From: a bacterium
GTDB taxonomy: Bacteria; Patescibacteriota; Minisyncoccia; Phycocordibacterales; GWA1-40-21
DNA length: 64,000 nt
Reading direction: 5' to 3'
NCBI GenBank assembly: GCA_037131755.1
Contig: JBAXQJ010000002.1
Coordinates: forward strand, 8,851-72,850
Of the stretch, positions 50,551 through 59,763 are shown one piece after another. How positions within the stretch are numbered: position 1 is the first letter of the stretch; the number at the start of each line of letters is the position of its first letter. Under the pieces are notes generated by a model. That model ran no database searches, was not told the DNA's origin, and saw only the letters and a list, made by a program, of their open reading frames with translations. The translations under genes and the position numbers were made by a program.

Positions 50551-51990
50551 ATGATCCATCGAAGGTATTTTAATTTTTCAAAATTTCTCAGCCGGCTTTT
50601 CCGGGCGGGTATCTTTGTCTCGTCTTTATTTTTATTTTTGAATATTAATTTTGTCAGCCACCTTATTCCTTTCTCAATCCACAATCTGCAATCTACAATC
50701 TACGTATCAGCTCAAGTCACCGGTTCCGACGTTGCCGCCAAAAAAGCCCAGCTTCAGGCTCAACTGGCTGACTTGGAAGCGCAGATCGCTACCCAGGAAG
50801 CCATATTGAAAGATCAGCAGGGCAAATCCGAATCCTTGTCTCGAGACATCAAGATCTTGGATGCCCAGATCGCCAAAGCGAAATTGGACATAAAAGCGCG
50901 AACGATCAGTATTGAAAATCTGACCGATAGCATCGGCGACAAGCAGGTGACCATTACCAAGCTCACGACCAAGCTCGGCAAGGAAAAAGAATCTTTGGCC
51001 CAATTGTTGCGCAAAACCAACGAGATCGATTCTTATTCGACCGTCGAGGTGGTCTTGTCGAACGAAAATCTGTCCAGCTTTTTCCAGGATCTGGATTCCT
51101 TCGATTCGATTAAAAACGAGCTGAACAAGTCTTTTGAAGTTATCACGGATACCAAAGTCAAAACCGAAGATGAAAAAACTCAGCTTGAGGACAAGCGCGA
51201 CGAGGAAACCAAGTTGAAAAATCTCCAAATCTTGGAACAAAAGAGGATTCAGCAACAAGAAGCCGAGAAGGCCGCTATTCTCAAGGCGTCCAAAGGTATC
51301 GAAAGTCTCTATCAAAACGTTCTAAAACAGCAGACTTTGTCAGCTGCCCAAATCCGCGCTCAGCTATTCAGTCTGCAGGGATCAGCCGCCATTCCTTTTG
51401 AGAAAGCGCTAGACTATGCAAATTTTGCTTCGCAAAAAACCGGTGTTCGACCGGCGGTGATTTTGGGTATTATCGCTGAAGAGTCCAATCTCGGTCAAAA
51501 TGTTGGAACAGGTAATTGGCTGGTAGATATGAAAGCACCAAGAGATACGGAACCGTTTAAGGCGATTACCGCGGCGCTCGGTGTCAATCCGGACACCGTG
51601 CCAGTCTCCAAGAAACCTTGGTACGGTTATGGTGGAGCGATGGGGCCAGCGCAGTTTATTCCCTCGACCTGGGTTTTGTATGCCGGCTATGTAAAAAATA
51701 GTGATGGCTCCTGGTCTTATAATTCTTCAAAAGATCGGATTAGAAGCCTGACCGGTTCTGGTTTGCCTTCAAATCCTTGGGATGCCCGGGATGCATTCAT
51801 GGCCTGCGGAATTCTTATGAAAGAAAACGGCGCCGCGGCTAGGACTTATGGGGCTGAAAGATTGGCGGCTCTCCGATACCTCGCTGGCTGGGGTAACGCT
51901 TCAAAATCGGCCTATGCCTTCTATGGTGATGACGTGATGGCTCTGGCTAATAAATATCAGAAGATGATTGATATATTAAGCGGGAAATAG
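50551..51990 (+). CDS. secreted coiled-coil protein with lytic transglycosylase domain
   Basis: N-terminal hydrophobic segment, long coiled coil, IIAEESNLG, GAMGPAQFIPSTW, NPW...DA. Confidence 0.85.
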   Translation: MIHRRYFNFSKFLSRLFRAGIFVSSLFLFLNINFVSHLIPFSIHNLQSTIYVSAQVTGSDVAAKKAQLQAQLADLEAQIATQEAILKDQQGKSESLSRDIKILDAQIAKAKLDIKARTISIENLTDSIGDKQVTITKLTTKLGKEKESLAQLLRKTNEIDSYSTVEVVLSNENLSSFFQDLDSFDSIKNELNKSFEVITDTKVKTEDEKTQLEDKRDEETKLKNLQILEQKRIQQQEAEKAAILKASKGIESLYQNVLKQQTLSAAQIRAQLFSLQGSAAIPFEKALDYANFASQKTGVRPAVILGIIAEESNLGQNVGTGNWLVDMKAPRDTEPFKAITAALGVNPDTVPVSKKPWYGYGGAMGPAQFIPSTWVLYAGYVKNSDGSWSYNSSKDRIRSLTGSGLPSNPWDARDAFMACGILMKENGAAARTYGAERLAALRYLAGWGNASKSAYAFYGDDVMALANKYQKMIDILSGK

Positions 51991-52050
51991 TCGAATACGA
52001 CTGTTTGTTTACTTGCTTTTTTTCCATTATTCTGTTAATATCTCGAGACT

Positions 52051-52272
52051 ATGAAAAAAGATATACACCCGAAATTTTTCGATAAATCAACAACCACTTG
52101 CGCTTGTGGCGCCAAGTATACCATTGGCTCAACCAAAGAGAAGATCGAGGTTGAAATTTGCGCTGCTTGCCATCCCTTTTATACTGGTAATGAAAAGGTA
52201 CTTGATACCGCTGGCCGCGTTGAGAAATTCAAGGCTCGAACTGCCAAGAAAGCTGTCAAAAAATCTAAATAA
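52051..52272 (+). CDS. rpmE: 50S ribosomal protein L31 (zinc-binding)
   Basis: MKKDIHP, CACG, CAACHPFYTG, GRVEKF. Confidence 0.97.
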   Translation: MKKDIHPKFFDKSTTTCACGAKYTIGSTKEKIEVEICAACHPFYTGNEKVLDTAGRVEKFKARTAKKAVKKSK

Positions 52273-52274
52273 CC

Positions 52275-52378
52275 AAACTCGCCAATGTGCTTTTGGAGCA
52301 CGGATATTTTCTTACTAGAAAATTCCTCGAGCTCGCGCCGTCGCGCTCGCTAGTCTCCAAAAGCACATTGGCGAGTTT
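52275..52378. repeat. repeat-family core enclosed by a perfect 24 bp IR (likely rpmE terminator)
   Basis: AAACTCGCCAATGTGCTTTTGGAG/CTCCAAAAGCACATTGGCGAGTTT around CACGGATATTTTC..GAAAATTCC..CTCGCGCCGTCGCGCTC. Confidence 0.85.
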
Positions 52379-52398
52379 TTTGTTAGAATATTAAAAAT

Positions 52399-53382
52399 AT
52401 GACCATCGAACAATTCAAAGAGAATAAGAAAACCACTTATCTGGCTGACGAGTATTTGCGTCTGGATGCGGAAGAGAAATCCGTTTCGGAAATGCTGACT
52501 CTCGATCCAAGCATGGCGGAAATGGCCAATGAAGAATTGGCGTCTTTGAAGTCCCAAAAAGAAGTGATCTGGAAGCAGATGGAGGAAATTGTCGAATCGG
52601 AAAAACAGGAAGAAGAATTTCCCAACGAAGTTATCTTGGAAGTTCGGGCCGGTGTCGGCGGTGAAGAAGCCGCTTTGTTTGCCCAAGACTTGGCCAATAT
52701 GTATAAAAATTATGCGAGTGCCAAAGGTTGGGGTTTTACTCCGCTCGACGAATCAATGAATGATCTTGGCGGTTATAAGGAAGCCTCGTTCGAAATAAAA
52801 GGTTTGGGTGTCTACAAAGAACTTCGCTACGAAACTGGCGTTCACCGTATTCAGCGTATTCCAGAAACTGAAAAGAATGGCCGAGTGCACACATCGACCG
52901 CTTCAGTGGCGATTTTGCCGGTGCGAAAGAAAAGTACCGTTGAAATCAAACCAGCGGATTTGTTTATCGAATTCTCTCGAGCGGGCGGCAAGGGTGGGCA
53001 AAATGTGAACAAGGTGGAAACTGCCGTTCGTATCGTCCACAAGCCGACCGGTCTTGAGGTACGTTGTACGGCCGAGCGCAGCCAGTCGCGAAACAAAGAG
53101 AAAGGTATGGCGATTTTGCTGGCCAAACTGGAAAGACAAAAAGAAGAAGAAGATGCCTTGAAATTTGCCAAAGAAAGAAAGGATCAGATTGGTACGGCCG
53201 ATCGTTCGGAAAAGATCCGCACTTATAATATTCTTCAGGATCGCATTACTGATCACCGGGTCAAAAATTCTTGGTTCGGTATTGAACGCCTTATGTCCGG
53301 GGAAAAATTCGGCGACATCGTGGAATATTTGGCGGAAAATATGGGTAAGCCGGTTGAGGGACGGGATGAGGATGAAGACTAA
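52399..53382 (+). CDS. prfA: peptide chain release factor 1
   Basis: GGQ motif, PxT (PET) anticodon motif, RSEKIRTYN. Confidence 0.95.
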   Translation: MTIEQFKENKKTTYLADEYLRLDAEEKSVSEMLTLDPSMAEMANEELASLKSQKEVIWKQMEEIVESEKQEEEFPNEVILEVRAGVGGEEAALFAQDLANMYKNYASAKGWGFTPLDESMNDLGGYKEASFEIKGLGVYKELRYETGVHRIQRIPETEKNGRVHTSTASVAILPVRKKSTVEIKPADLFIEFSRAGGKGGQNVNKVETAVRIVHKPTGLEVRCTAERSQSRNKEKGMAILLAKLERQKEEEDALKFAKERKDQIGTADRSEKIRTYNILQDRITDHRVKNSWFGIERLMSGEKFGDIVEYLAENMGKPVEGRDEDED

Positions 53383-53440
53383 GGGATAAGACATTAAAAA
53401 TATTGCATTTTATCCATAAATCTGTTAGGATACTGCGCAT

Positions 53441-54151
53441 ATGACAGAAACAAAAAATGTGAACAAAGAGAGGGTAGAAGAGATGTTTAAGGCCGGAGCC
53501 CACTTCGGTTATTCAAAGTCTCGACGCCACGCCAGCATCGCTCCCTATATTTTCGGAGTAAAAAATAAGGTAGAAATCATTGATTTGGAAAAGACCGATG
53601 AAATGTTGGAAAAAGCTTTGAATTTTGTTTCAACTCTCGCCAAGGAAGGCAAGCAGATTTTGTTTGTTGGCGGTAAGAACGAGGCTAAGGACGCAATCAA
53701 GATTTCTTCTTTTGCTGTCGATATGCCGGTGGTAGCTGGCCGATGGATTGGCGGAACCTTGACCAACTTTAGCGAAGTAAAAAAGAGAATCGCCAAACTG
53801 GACGAATTGACCAAGCAGAAGGAAAAAGGCGAATTGCTCGCAAAATATACCAAGAAAGAGAGAATGGTCATTGATAAAGAAATTGAGAATCTCACCAGAT
53901 TTTTCTCCGGCCTTTCTTCAATGCGAGATCTGCCAAAAGCCCTTTTTGTCATCGATGCCAAGAAAGAAATCACTGCCGTCACCGAAGCCAAGAAAATGAA
54001 AGTCCCAGTCATCGCTCTTTGCGGTACTGACAATAATATTTCCAATATCGACTATCCGATTATCGCCAATGATTCGGCGGTCGCTAGCATCACTTACTTT
54101 GCTGATAAGATTGCCGAGGCTTATAAAAAAGCCCGAGTAATCAAGGCGTAA
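53441..54151 (+). CDS. rpsB: 30S ribosomal protein S2
   Basis: AGAHFG, IIDLEKT, RWIGGTLTNF, IANDS. Confidence 0.97.
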   Translation: MTETKNVNKERVEEMFKAGAHFGYSKSRRHASIAPYIFGVKNKVEIIDLEKTDEMLEKALNFVSTLAKEGKQILFVGGKNEAKDAIKISSFAVDMPVVAGRWIGGTLTNFSEVKKRIAKLDELTKQKEKGELLAKYTKKERMVIDKEIENLTRFFSGLSSMRDLPKALFVIDAKKEITAVTEAKKMKVPVIALCGTDNNISNIDYPIIANDSAVASITYFADKIAEAYKKARVIKA

Positions 54152-54159
54152 ATCCTATT

Positions 54160-54187
54160 CTGGATCCCGTCGTCCGCAGGGATGATA
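54160..54187 (-). repeat. degenerate REP-like palindrome (copy 5)
   Basis: CTGGATCCCGTCGTCCGCAGGGATGATA. Confidence 0.5.
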
Positions 54188-54264
54188 CCGGGTGGTGTCT
54201 TTTTTAGATTATATAGTATAATAAACTGGTTCATAACTAATTAATATTTTAATTAAAAAAACTT

Positions 54265-54855
54265 ATGGCTATTTCAACAGAAACTATCAAGGAACTTCGG
54301 GATGCAACCGGTCTTTCCATCATGCAATGCAAGAAAGCCTTGGAGGAAGCCAATGGCGATATGCAGAAGGCAACCATTATCTTGCAAAAGAAAGGCGCTT
54401 CGGTGGCTGCTAAAAAGGCCGACCGTACTTTGGGTGCCGGTAAGGTCGCTTCTTATGCCCACTCTACTGGTAACGTCGCTTCTCTCGTTGAGCTTATGTG
54501 CGAAACCGATTTCGTGGCAAAAAATGAGGAGTTTCAAAAATTAGCTTATGATATCGCGATGCAGGTAGCGGCTACCAACCCAGCCTTTTTGAAAATGGAG
54601 GACATTGCCGAAGACACGAAAAATCAGGCGAAAGAAGTGTTTGAAAAAGAACTAGCCGGCAAGCCGGAAGAAATGAAAGCAAAAATTATGGAAGGCAAGA
54701 TCAATTCTTATTTCAAAGACAAGGTCCTGTTGGAACAGGAATATATCAAGAATCCTGAACTAACCGTTCGAGGTTTGATTGAAGGTTATGTCCAAAAGTT
54801 TGGTGAGCGTATCGAAGTCGGCCGATTTGTGAGAATCGGTATCGGCGAGAAATAA
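54265..54855 (+). CDS. tsf: elongation factor Ts (short form)
   Basis: ELRDATG, CKKAL, CETDFVA, IAMQVAA. Confidence 0.96.
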   Translation: MAISTETIKELRDATGLSIMQCKKALEEANGDMQKATIILQKKGASVAAKKADRTLGAGKVASYAHSTGNVASLVELMCETDFVAKNEEFQKLAYDIAMQVAATNPAFLKMEDIAEDTKNQAKEVFEKELAGKPEEMKAKIMEGKINSYFKDKVLLEQEYIKNPELTVRGLIEGYVQKFGERIEVGRFVRIGIGEK

Positions 54856-54860
54856 TTCTT

Positions 54861-55253
54861 ATGACAACCATCATCATATTCATATCTGCCGTCGTTCTCT
54901 TGGCGTTTCTCGCCTTGAGCCGGGTGTTTGCCTTGGCCTCCGGCCGGGGGAATATGATCGTGGATTTTGTCGCCAAAGGTGATAAATATATTTTGTTGTT
55001 AAAGCGACGATTGCACGAAAACAAGCACCATCTGACCATTCCCGGACTCAGTCGGCTGACAATAAAAGTGGCCGAAAAAACCAAAAAGAAAATGGTGTCT
55101 GTAAAGCGCCGATTTGATCATCAGCAGTCGCATTTTTTCGTGAAAAGGGACCAGCATCTGCATCAGCCCAAGGGTTCGGCCTCGTTTTTCTTAAAACATA
55201 TTTCCGAGCATAAAAAAACCATTCAAGGGCAAGGGGAGATAGAGAATAGCTAA
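54861..55253 (+). CDS. hypothetical protein with N-terminal TM helix
   Basis: 130 aa ORF directly after tsf; SFFLK.I motif. Confidence 0.7.
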   Translation: MTTIIIFISAVVLLAFLALSRVFALASGRGNMIVDFVAKGDKYILLLKRRLHENKHHLTIPGLSRLTIKVAEKTKKKMVSVKRRFDHQQSHFFVKRDQHLHQPKGSASFFLKHISEHKKTIQGQGEIENS

Positions 55254-55293
55254 TCAGCAGAAAATCGCCACTATGGGCGATTTTCGTTTTCTG

Positions 55294-55366
55294 AGCCACC
55301 TCTCAGATTTGAACTGAGGACATCCACTTTACAAAAGTGGCGCTCTACCAACTGAGCTAAGGTGGC
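55294..55366 (-). tRNA. tRNA-Thr(TGT)
   Basis: GCCACCT...AGGTGGC-T, anticodon arm CCACT-TTTGTAA-AGTGG; CCA not encoded. Confidence 0.96.
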
Positions 55367-55461
55367 GTAAATAGAATTATACATAAAAATCTTAAATAAT
55401 CCAGTTTTTAAAGGTGCATATCGTTTGATTTAATGCCAAAAATCAGTAGTATATAGGTCTC

Positions 55462-56997
55462 ATGGACTACAAAAATTCACCATATTATCGAGTCGGCCGA
55501 GCGACGGATTTGACCGGAAAAGACCGACTAATCTACCGCCTTTTGGAGATCCTACCAGGAACCCTGGCTTGGGGGACGATTTTTGGTACCATCCTCGTTT
55601 CTTACTATTTGCCATTCTGGGCCGCCGTCTTTATCATCATTTTTGATTTGTACTGGCTTTTAAAGACGATTTACCTGTCGATGTATTTGCGAACGAATTG
55701 GAAAAAAATGCAACACAACATGTCCGTCGACTGGAAAAAAATGCTGGTGAATCTGAAATACGATCACGTCTATCATCTGGTGCTGTTGCCATTTTTTAAT
55801 GAAAGCGAAGAATTGGTCGAGAAGAGCATCGAGTCTTTGATTGTCTCCGAATATGATAAGGACAAGATGATTGTCGTCCTGGCGACGGAGGAAAAGGGCG
55901 GTCAATATGCTGCCAATCTAGCCAAAAAAGTTGAGAAGAAATTCGGCAAAAAATTCGGTCATTTTTTGGTGACCAAGCATCCTTTCGGCGTCTTGGGCGA
56001 GATGCCAGGCAAAGGCTCGAACATCGCCTATGCGGCAGAAGAAGCCCGCCGAAGGATTTTGGATCGTAACAAGATCAAATACGAAGACGTGATGGTATCG
56101 GCCTTTGATATCGATACGGTGATTTATCCGCAATACTTTGAATGTCTGACCTGGAATTTTTTGACGACCGAAGAGCCGCTCAAGTCTTCTTTTCAGCCGG
56201 TACCCTTTTACAATAATAATATTTGGCAGGCGCCAGCCTTGTCTCGCGTCGTCGCGGTGTCCGGTACTTTCTGGCAGATGATCCAACAGGAGAGGCCGGA
56301 GCGTCTGTCGACTTTTTCTTCGCACTCCGTTTGTTTCAAGACGCTGTTTGAAATCGGTTATTGGCAAAAAAATATGGTATCCGAAGATTCGCGCATTTTC
56401 TGGAATGCGTTCATGGCGCGCAATGGCGATTATAAAGTCGTGCCGATGTCATATCCCATCTCGATGGATGCGAACCAGGATATGAGTCTTTGGCACACGA
56501 TTAAAAGCATCTACAAACAGCAGCGACGCTGGGCTTGGGGGGTGGAAAACATGCCATACGTCTTGTTCGGTTTTATAAAAAACAAATCGATTCCGCGTTA
56601 CAATAAAATAAGGTTTACTATGGTCCTCCTTGAGGGTTTCTGGTCTTGGTCGACAAATCCGATCATGATTTTCTTGCTCGGCTGGTTGCCGGTGGTGATT
56701 GGCGGAATGCATTTTCAAGGGACCGTCATGTCATACAATTTGCCGATCTTGACCCGCGACCTGATGACTCTAGCGATGTTTGGCTTGGTGACCTCGGCCG
56801 CCATTTCTTTGTCTTTTTTGCCGCCACGGCCGGACGGTATGTCTTGGAAGCATTCGGCCTTTATGGTTGTCCAGTGGATTTTTGTGCCAATAACGGTTAC
56901 AATTTTCGGAGCGATCCCGTCGCTTGATGCCCAGACCAGATTGATGTTTGGAAAGTATATGGGCTTTTGGGTTACGCCGAAGCATCGAAAAAAATAA
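55462..56997 (+). CDS. membrane-embedded processive GT2 (cellulose/chitin synthase-like)
   Basis: GKGSN, FDID, SED, QQRRW motifs and flanking TM helices. Confidence 0.88.
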   Translation: MDYKNSPYYRVGRATDLTGKDRLIYRLLEILPGTLAWGTIFGTILVSYYLPFWAAVFIIIFDLYWLLKTIYLSMYLRTNWKKMQHNMSVDWKKMLVNLKYDHVYHLVLLPFFNESEELVEKSIESLIVSEYDKDKMIVVLATEEKGGQYAANLAKKVEKKFGKKFGHFLVTKHPFGVLGEMPGKGSNIAYAAEEARRRILDRNKIKYEDVMVSAFDIDTVIYPQYFECLTWNFLTTEEPLKSSFQPVPFYNNNIWQAPALSRVVAVSGTFWQMIQQERPERLSTFSSHSVCFKTLFEIGYWQKNMVSEDSRIFWNAFMARNGDYKVVPMSYPISMDANQDMSLWHTIKSIYKQQRRWAWGVENMPYVLFGFIKNKSIPRYNKIRFTMVLLEGFWSWSTNPIMIFLLGWLPVVIGGMHFQGTVMSYNLPILTRDLMTLAMFGLVTSAAISLSFLPPRPDGMSWKHSAFMVVQWIFVPITVTIFGAIPSLDAQTRLMFGKYMGFWVTPKHRKK

Positions 56998-56998
56998 C

Positions 56999-57916
56999 AT
57001 GAGCATGTCTATCCACAAAAGAAGAATCGTGACGGTCATTTTTGTGCTGCTGTTTTTTATCCTGGCGCCGCTCATTGTCTTTTATGCCAAAGGGGACATT
57101 TGGAGCAACGGCTTTAATTTTTTGAAGACGGGAGGTATTTTTGTTCGGGCAACTGAATCCGGTTCGGAAATATATATCAATGGCAAGCTCGAGGATACGA
57201 CCAATTTTTTCAGCCGGGATTACTTTATAAAAAACTTGCGTCCCGTCACCTATGAAATCGTCGTGAAAAAGACGGGCTACAATGACTGGAAGAATAACCT
57301 TAGGGTTTACTCCAATCGAGTGACCGAAACCAGGGCTTTTGCCTTGCCAGCAAAAATCGAAGCGGTGGATATCCCCGAATTCAATAAGACGGAAGTCTCT
57401 GCCGGAACGACCACCAAGACAATTTTGAAATTAAATCCGGATTACGATCAGGCCAAGAAAATGTTTCTGGATTCTTATTGGGCTGACCAGATTTTGACCG
57501 TCAAATCGACAACAACCGGGAAAATCAGCAAATATTTGCCTGGTACCAAGGAAAACCCGATCGAAAGCCGTCATATGCTGGCTTGGGCCGAGGGAAAAGA
57601 CGTGTTTGTGTCCTGGACCGGAAACCCGGACTCCATACCGAAATATTTTTGCGAAGATGGCGGTTTTGAAATAAAATGCCAAAATACCCTGAAGGTTTAT
57701 TCTTTCGAATCAAACGTCCGCAGTCTGGACTACTTCCTGGGTGATACCGAAATCATATTGGTAGCGGCGGGAGACAGAGTGGAAGCGATTGAAGCCGAAA
57801 CCAATCCTGACAAAAGGCCGCAGGTAGTCTATGAGGGCGATAAGCCGGACTTCCGCCTGTCTGGCAGCTCGATCATTATCAAGGTTGGCAAGCTATACAA
57901 GGAAATAAACATCTAG
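56999..57916 (+). CDS. membrane-anchored PEGA-domain protein
   Basis: N-terminal TM, KTGGIFV, IYING, YEIVVKKTGY..W; start moved to 56999. Confidence 0.75.
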   Translation: MSMSIHKRRIVTVIFVLLFFILAPLIVFYAKGDIWSNGFNFLKTGGIFVRATESGSEIYINGKLEDTTNFFSRDYFIKNLRPVTYEIVVKKTGYNDWKNNLRVYSNRVTETRAFALPAKIEAVDIPEFNKTEVSAGTTTKTILKLNPDYDQAKKMFLDSYWADQILTVKSTTTGKISKYLPGTKENPIESRHMLAWAEGKDVFVSWTGNPDSIPKYFCEDGGFEIKCQNTLKVYSFESNVRSLDYFLGDTEIILVAAGDRVEAIEAETNPDKRPQVVYEGDKPDFRLSGSSIIIKVGKLYKEINI

Positions 57917-57996
57917 CCTGGCTAGAAAGCGAGAAATTCTATATAATTTAAAATAAGCAAATCATCGAATAAATTTATCAATCAAATCCTAAAAAT

Positions 57997-59139
57997 ATGT
58001 CCAGAGAAATTGTAATCAAAAACCCAAAAGAAGCCGAGCTCGTAAAAAGTTTGGAAGCTCGAACCGACACCAAGGCGGAAAGGATCAAGCGCCTGTTGAA
58101 GTTTCCCGATCTGACCAAGAAAGAAAATTCTCCGGTCAAGTTTTTGTTTGATGAAATATTAAAAGTGCCACGATTCAAAGATTTTGATCTCGTGGATTTT
58201 CCTAAAATTGTTACGGTAGCAGAAAATTTTGATTTACTAAACGCTCCAAAGGATCATCCAAGCCGTGGGGAAACTGATACTTATTATGTTGACGAAAATC
58301 ATGTTTTGCGAACCCAAATGACTGTAATGTGGTCTTATTATTTGAAAGATCCGGAGGTTTTAGAAAGACTAGAAAAAGACGGTGAAGTAAAAGCTTTGTC
58401 CAAAGGCATTGTCTTCCGTAAGGATGAGATTGACCGCCATCATTTTCCAGCTTTTCATCAGATCGATGGTTTATACATTTGCAAGCGTGCCAAGAAAGTG
58501 ATCACTCTTGAGGACTTAGAGGCGGTGCAGATAGATATGGCTAAAAGTGTTTTAGGCAATAATATCGAATATAAATTTTTAGTGGACTCGTTTCCTTTCA
58601 CAGATCCGTCTGTAGAAATGGATGTGATGTTCAATGGTGATTGGATGGAGGTTAATGGTGCCGGCTTGGTGCACCCGCAGGTGCTAAAGAATTTTGGATT
58701 AGATCCTGAAATTTACAATGGTTGGGCCTTTGGTTTTGGCGATCGGTTGGCGATGATAAAAATGGGGATACCGGACATTCGCATCCTTTGGTCCGAGGAT
58801 CCGCGCATCACCAGTCAGTTCAAGGATATCAATAGCAAATTCAAGGAGGTGAGCAAATACCCGGAAACTTCCCGCGATATTTCTTTTATCATCGACAAAA
58901 ACATCAACCTTAATAATTATTACGAAATTGTTCGTGATTACGCGGAAAATTTGATTGAAGAAGTGAAACTGATTGATGAGTATGAAAATGAAAATAAATT
59001 TGGCGCTGGCAAGAAGTCTTACACCTTTAGGATAACCTATCGCTCCCACGAGCGGACGCTGACCAATGAGGAGGTCAACAAAATACAGGACCAGATCATA
59101 AACAAGACCAAGACGGACTTGCAGGCGGTGGTCAGGTAG
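57997..59139 (+). CDS. pheS: single-chain phenylalanyl-tRNA synthetase (alpha catalytic domain fused to FDX-ACB anticodon-binding domain)
   Basis: HPSR..DTYY, LRTQ, FRKDEIDRHH.PAFHQ, FPFTDPS, GWAFGFG.RLAM, then SKYP..RDISF, KKSY.FRITYRS.ERTLT.EEV. Confidence 0.92.
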   Translation: MSREIVIKNPKEAELVKSLEARTDTKAERIKRLLKFPDLTKKENSPVKFLFDEILKVPRFKDFDLVDFPKIVTVAENFDLLNAPKDHPSRGETDTYYVDENHVLRTQMTVMWSYYLKDPEVLERLEKDGEVKALSKGIVFRKDEIDRHHFPAFHQIDGLYICKRAKKVITLEDLEAVQIDMAKSVLGNNIEYKFLVDSFPFTDPSVEMDVMFNGDWMEVNGAGLVHPQVLKNFGLDPEIYNGWAFGFGDRLAMIKMGIPDIRILWSEDPRITSQFKDINSKFKEVSKYPETSRDISFIIDKNINLNNYYEIVRDYAENLIEEVKLIDEYENENKFGAGKKSYTFRITYRSHERTLTNEEVNKIQDQIINKTKTDLQAVVR

Positions 59140-59193
59140 GATTGGGTAATTAGTCTCTCCAGATACAATATCTCATTATTTAATTTGCATCAT

Positions 59194-59224
59194 AAAAAAA
59201 GCGCGCATCGGAATGCGCGCTTTT
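59194..59224. terminator. bidirectional terminator
   Basis: AAAAGCGCGCAT-CGGA-ATGCGCGCTTTT. Confidence 0.8.
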
Positions 59225-59237
59225 GCCTGGTCAACTC

Positions 59238-59450
59238 CTAGGCCGTCTTCGGTTGCTGTTTGGAAATTTTCTTGATAAACCACTCATCCTGGCGCTTGGT
59301 GTTGGATGGGAAGCGCTTCAAGGCCTCCTCCCAAATTACGCAAACGGCGCTAGTCGACACTCGCCAAAAGTTGGCGGTAATCTCGATCAATGATTCAAGA
59401 TCAGCCAGCTTGTCTGGCGGTATCACTCCTAGACTTGGTGGAATCTTCAT
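59238..59450 (-). CDS. small hypothetical protein (SD-class ORFan)
   Basis: 70 aa; AAGGAGG 10 nt upstream. Confidence 0.65.
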   Translation of the reverse strand: MKIPPSLGVIPPDKLADLESLIEITANFWRVSTSAVCVIWEEALKRFPSNTKRQDEWFIKKISKQQPKTA

Positions 59451-59455
59451 CTTTT

Positions 59456-59611
59456 TTATTCCTCCTTTTGGGCGGGCTGTTTTTCAGCCGTCAGTTCGGG
59501 GTGACGCTTGTAGAAATCACCCAATAATTCCCTCGAACCACTGATCAAAGAAAAGTTTCTTTTGATCAACGGGTCGTCCTTGAGAGCTTTGGGAATGGTT
59601 TGTTTTTCCAT
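59456..59611 (-). CDS. 51 aa hypothetical protein (SD-class, not in ORF track)
   Basis: MEKQTIPKALKDDPLIKRNFSLISGSRELLGDFYKRHPELTAEKQPAQKEE; AGGAGGT upstream; promoter TTGAGT-16-TGtTACTTT. Confidence 0.65.
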   Translation of the reverse strand: MEKQTIPKALKDDPLIKRNFSLISGSRELLGDFYKRHPELTAEKQPAQKEE

Positions 59612-59763
59612 CTGACCTCCTAGTTGTTGAACGGTTCAATTCCTTCATTAAAGTAACATTTTTTGAGGAAAACTCAAGTATTTTCACCTTTCTTTTTGAG
59701 GGTAATTTTGGTATAATTACCGGGCAAATATTAGTTACATTTTTTAATTTTTATACAAAATAA

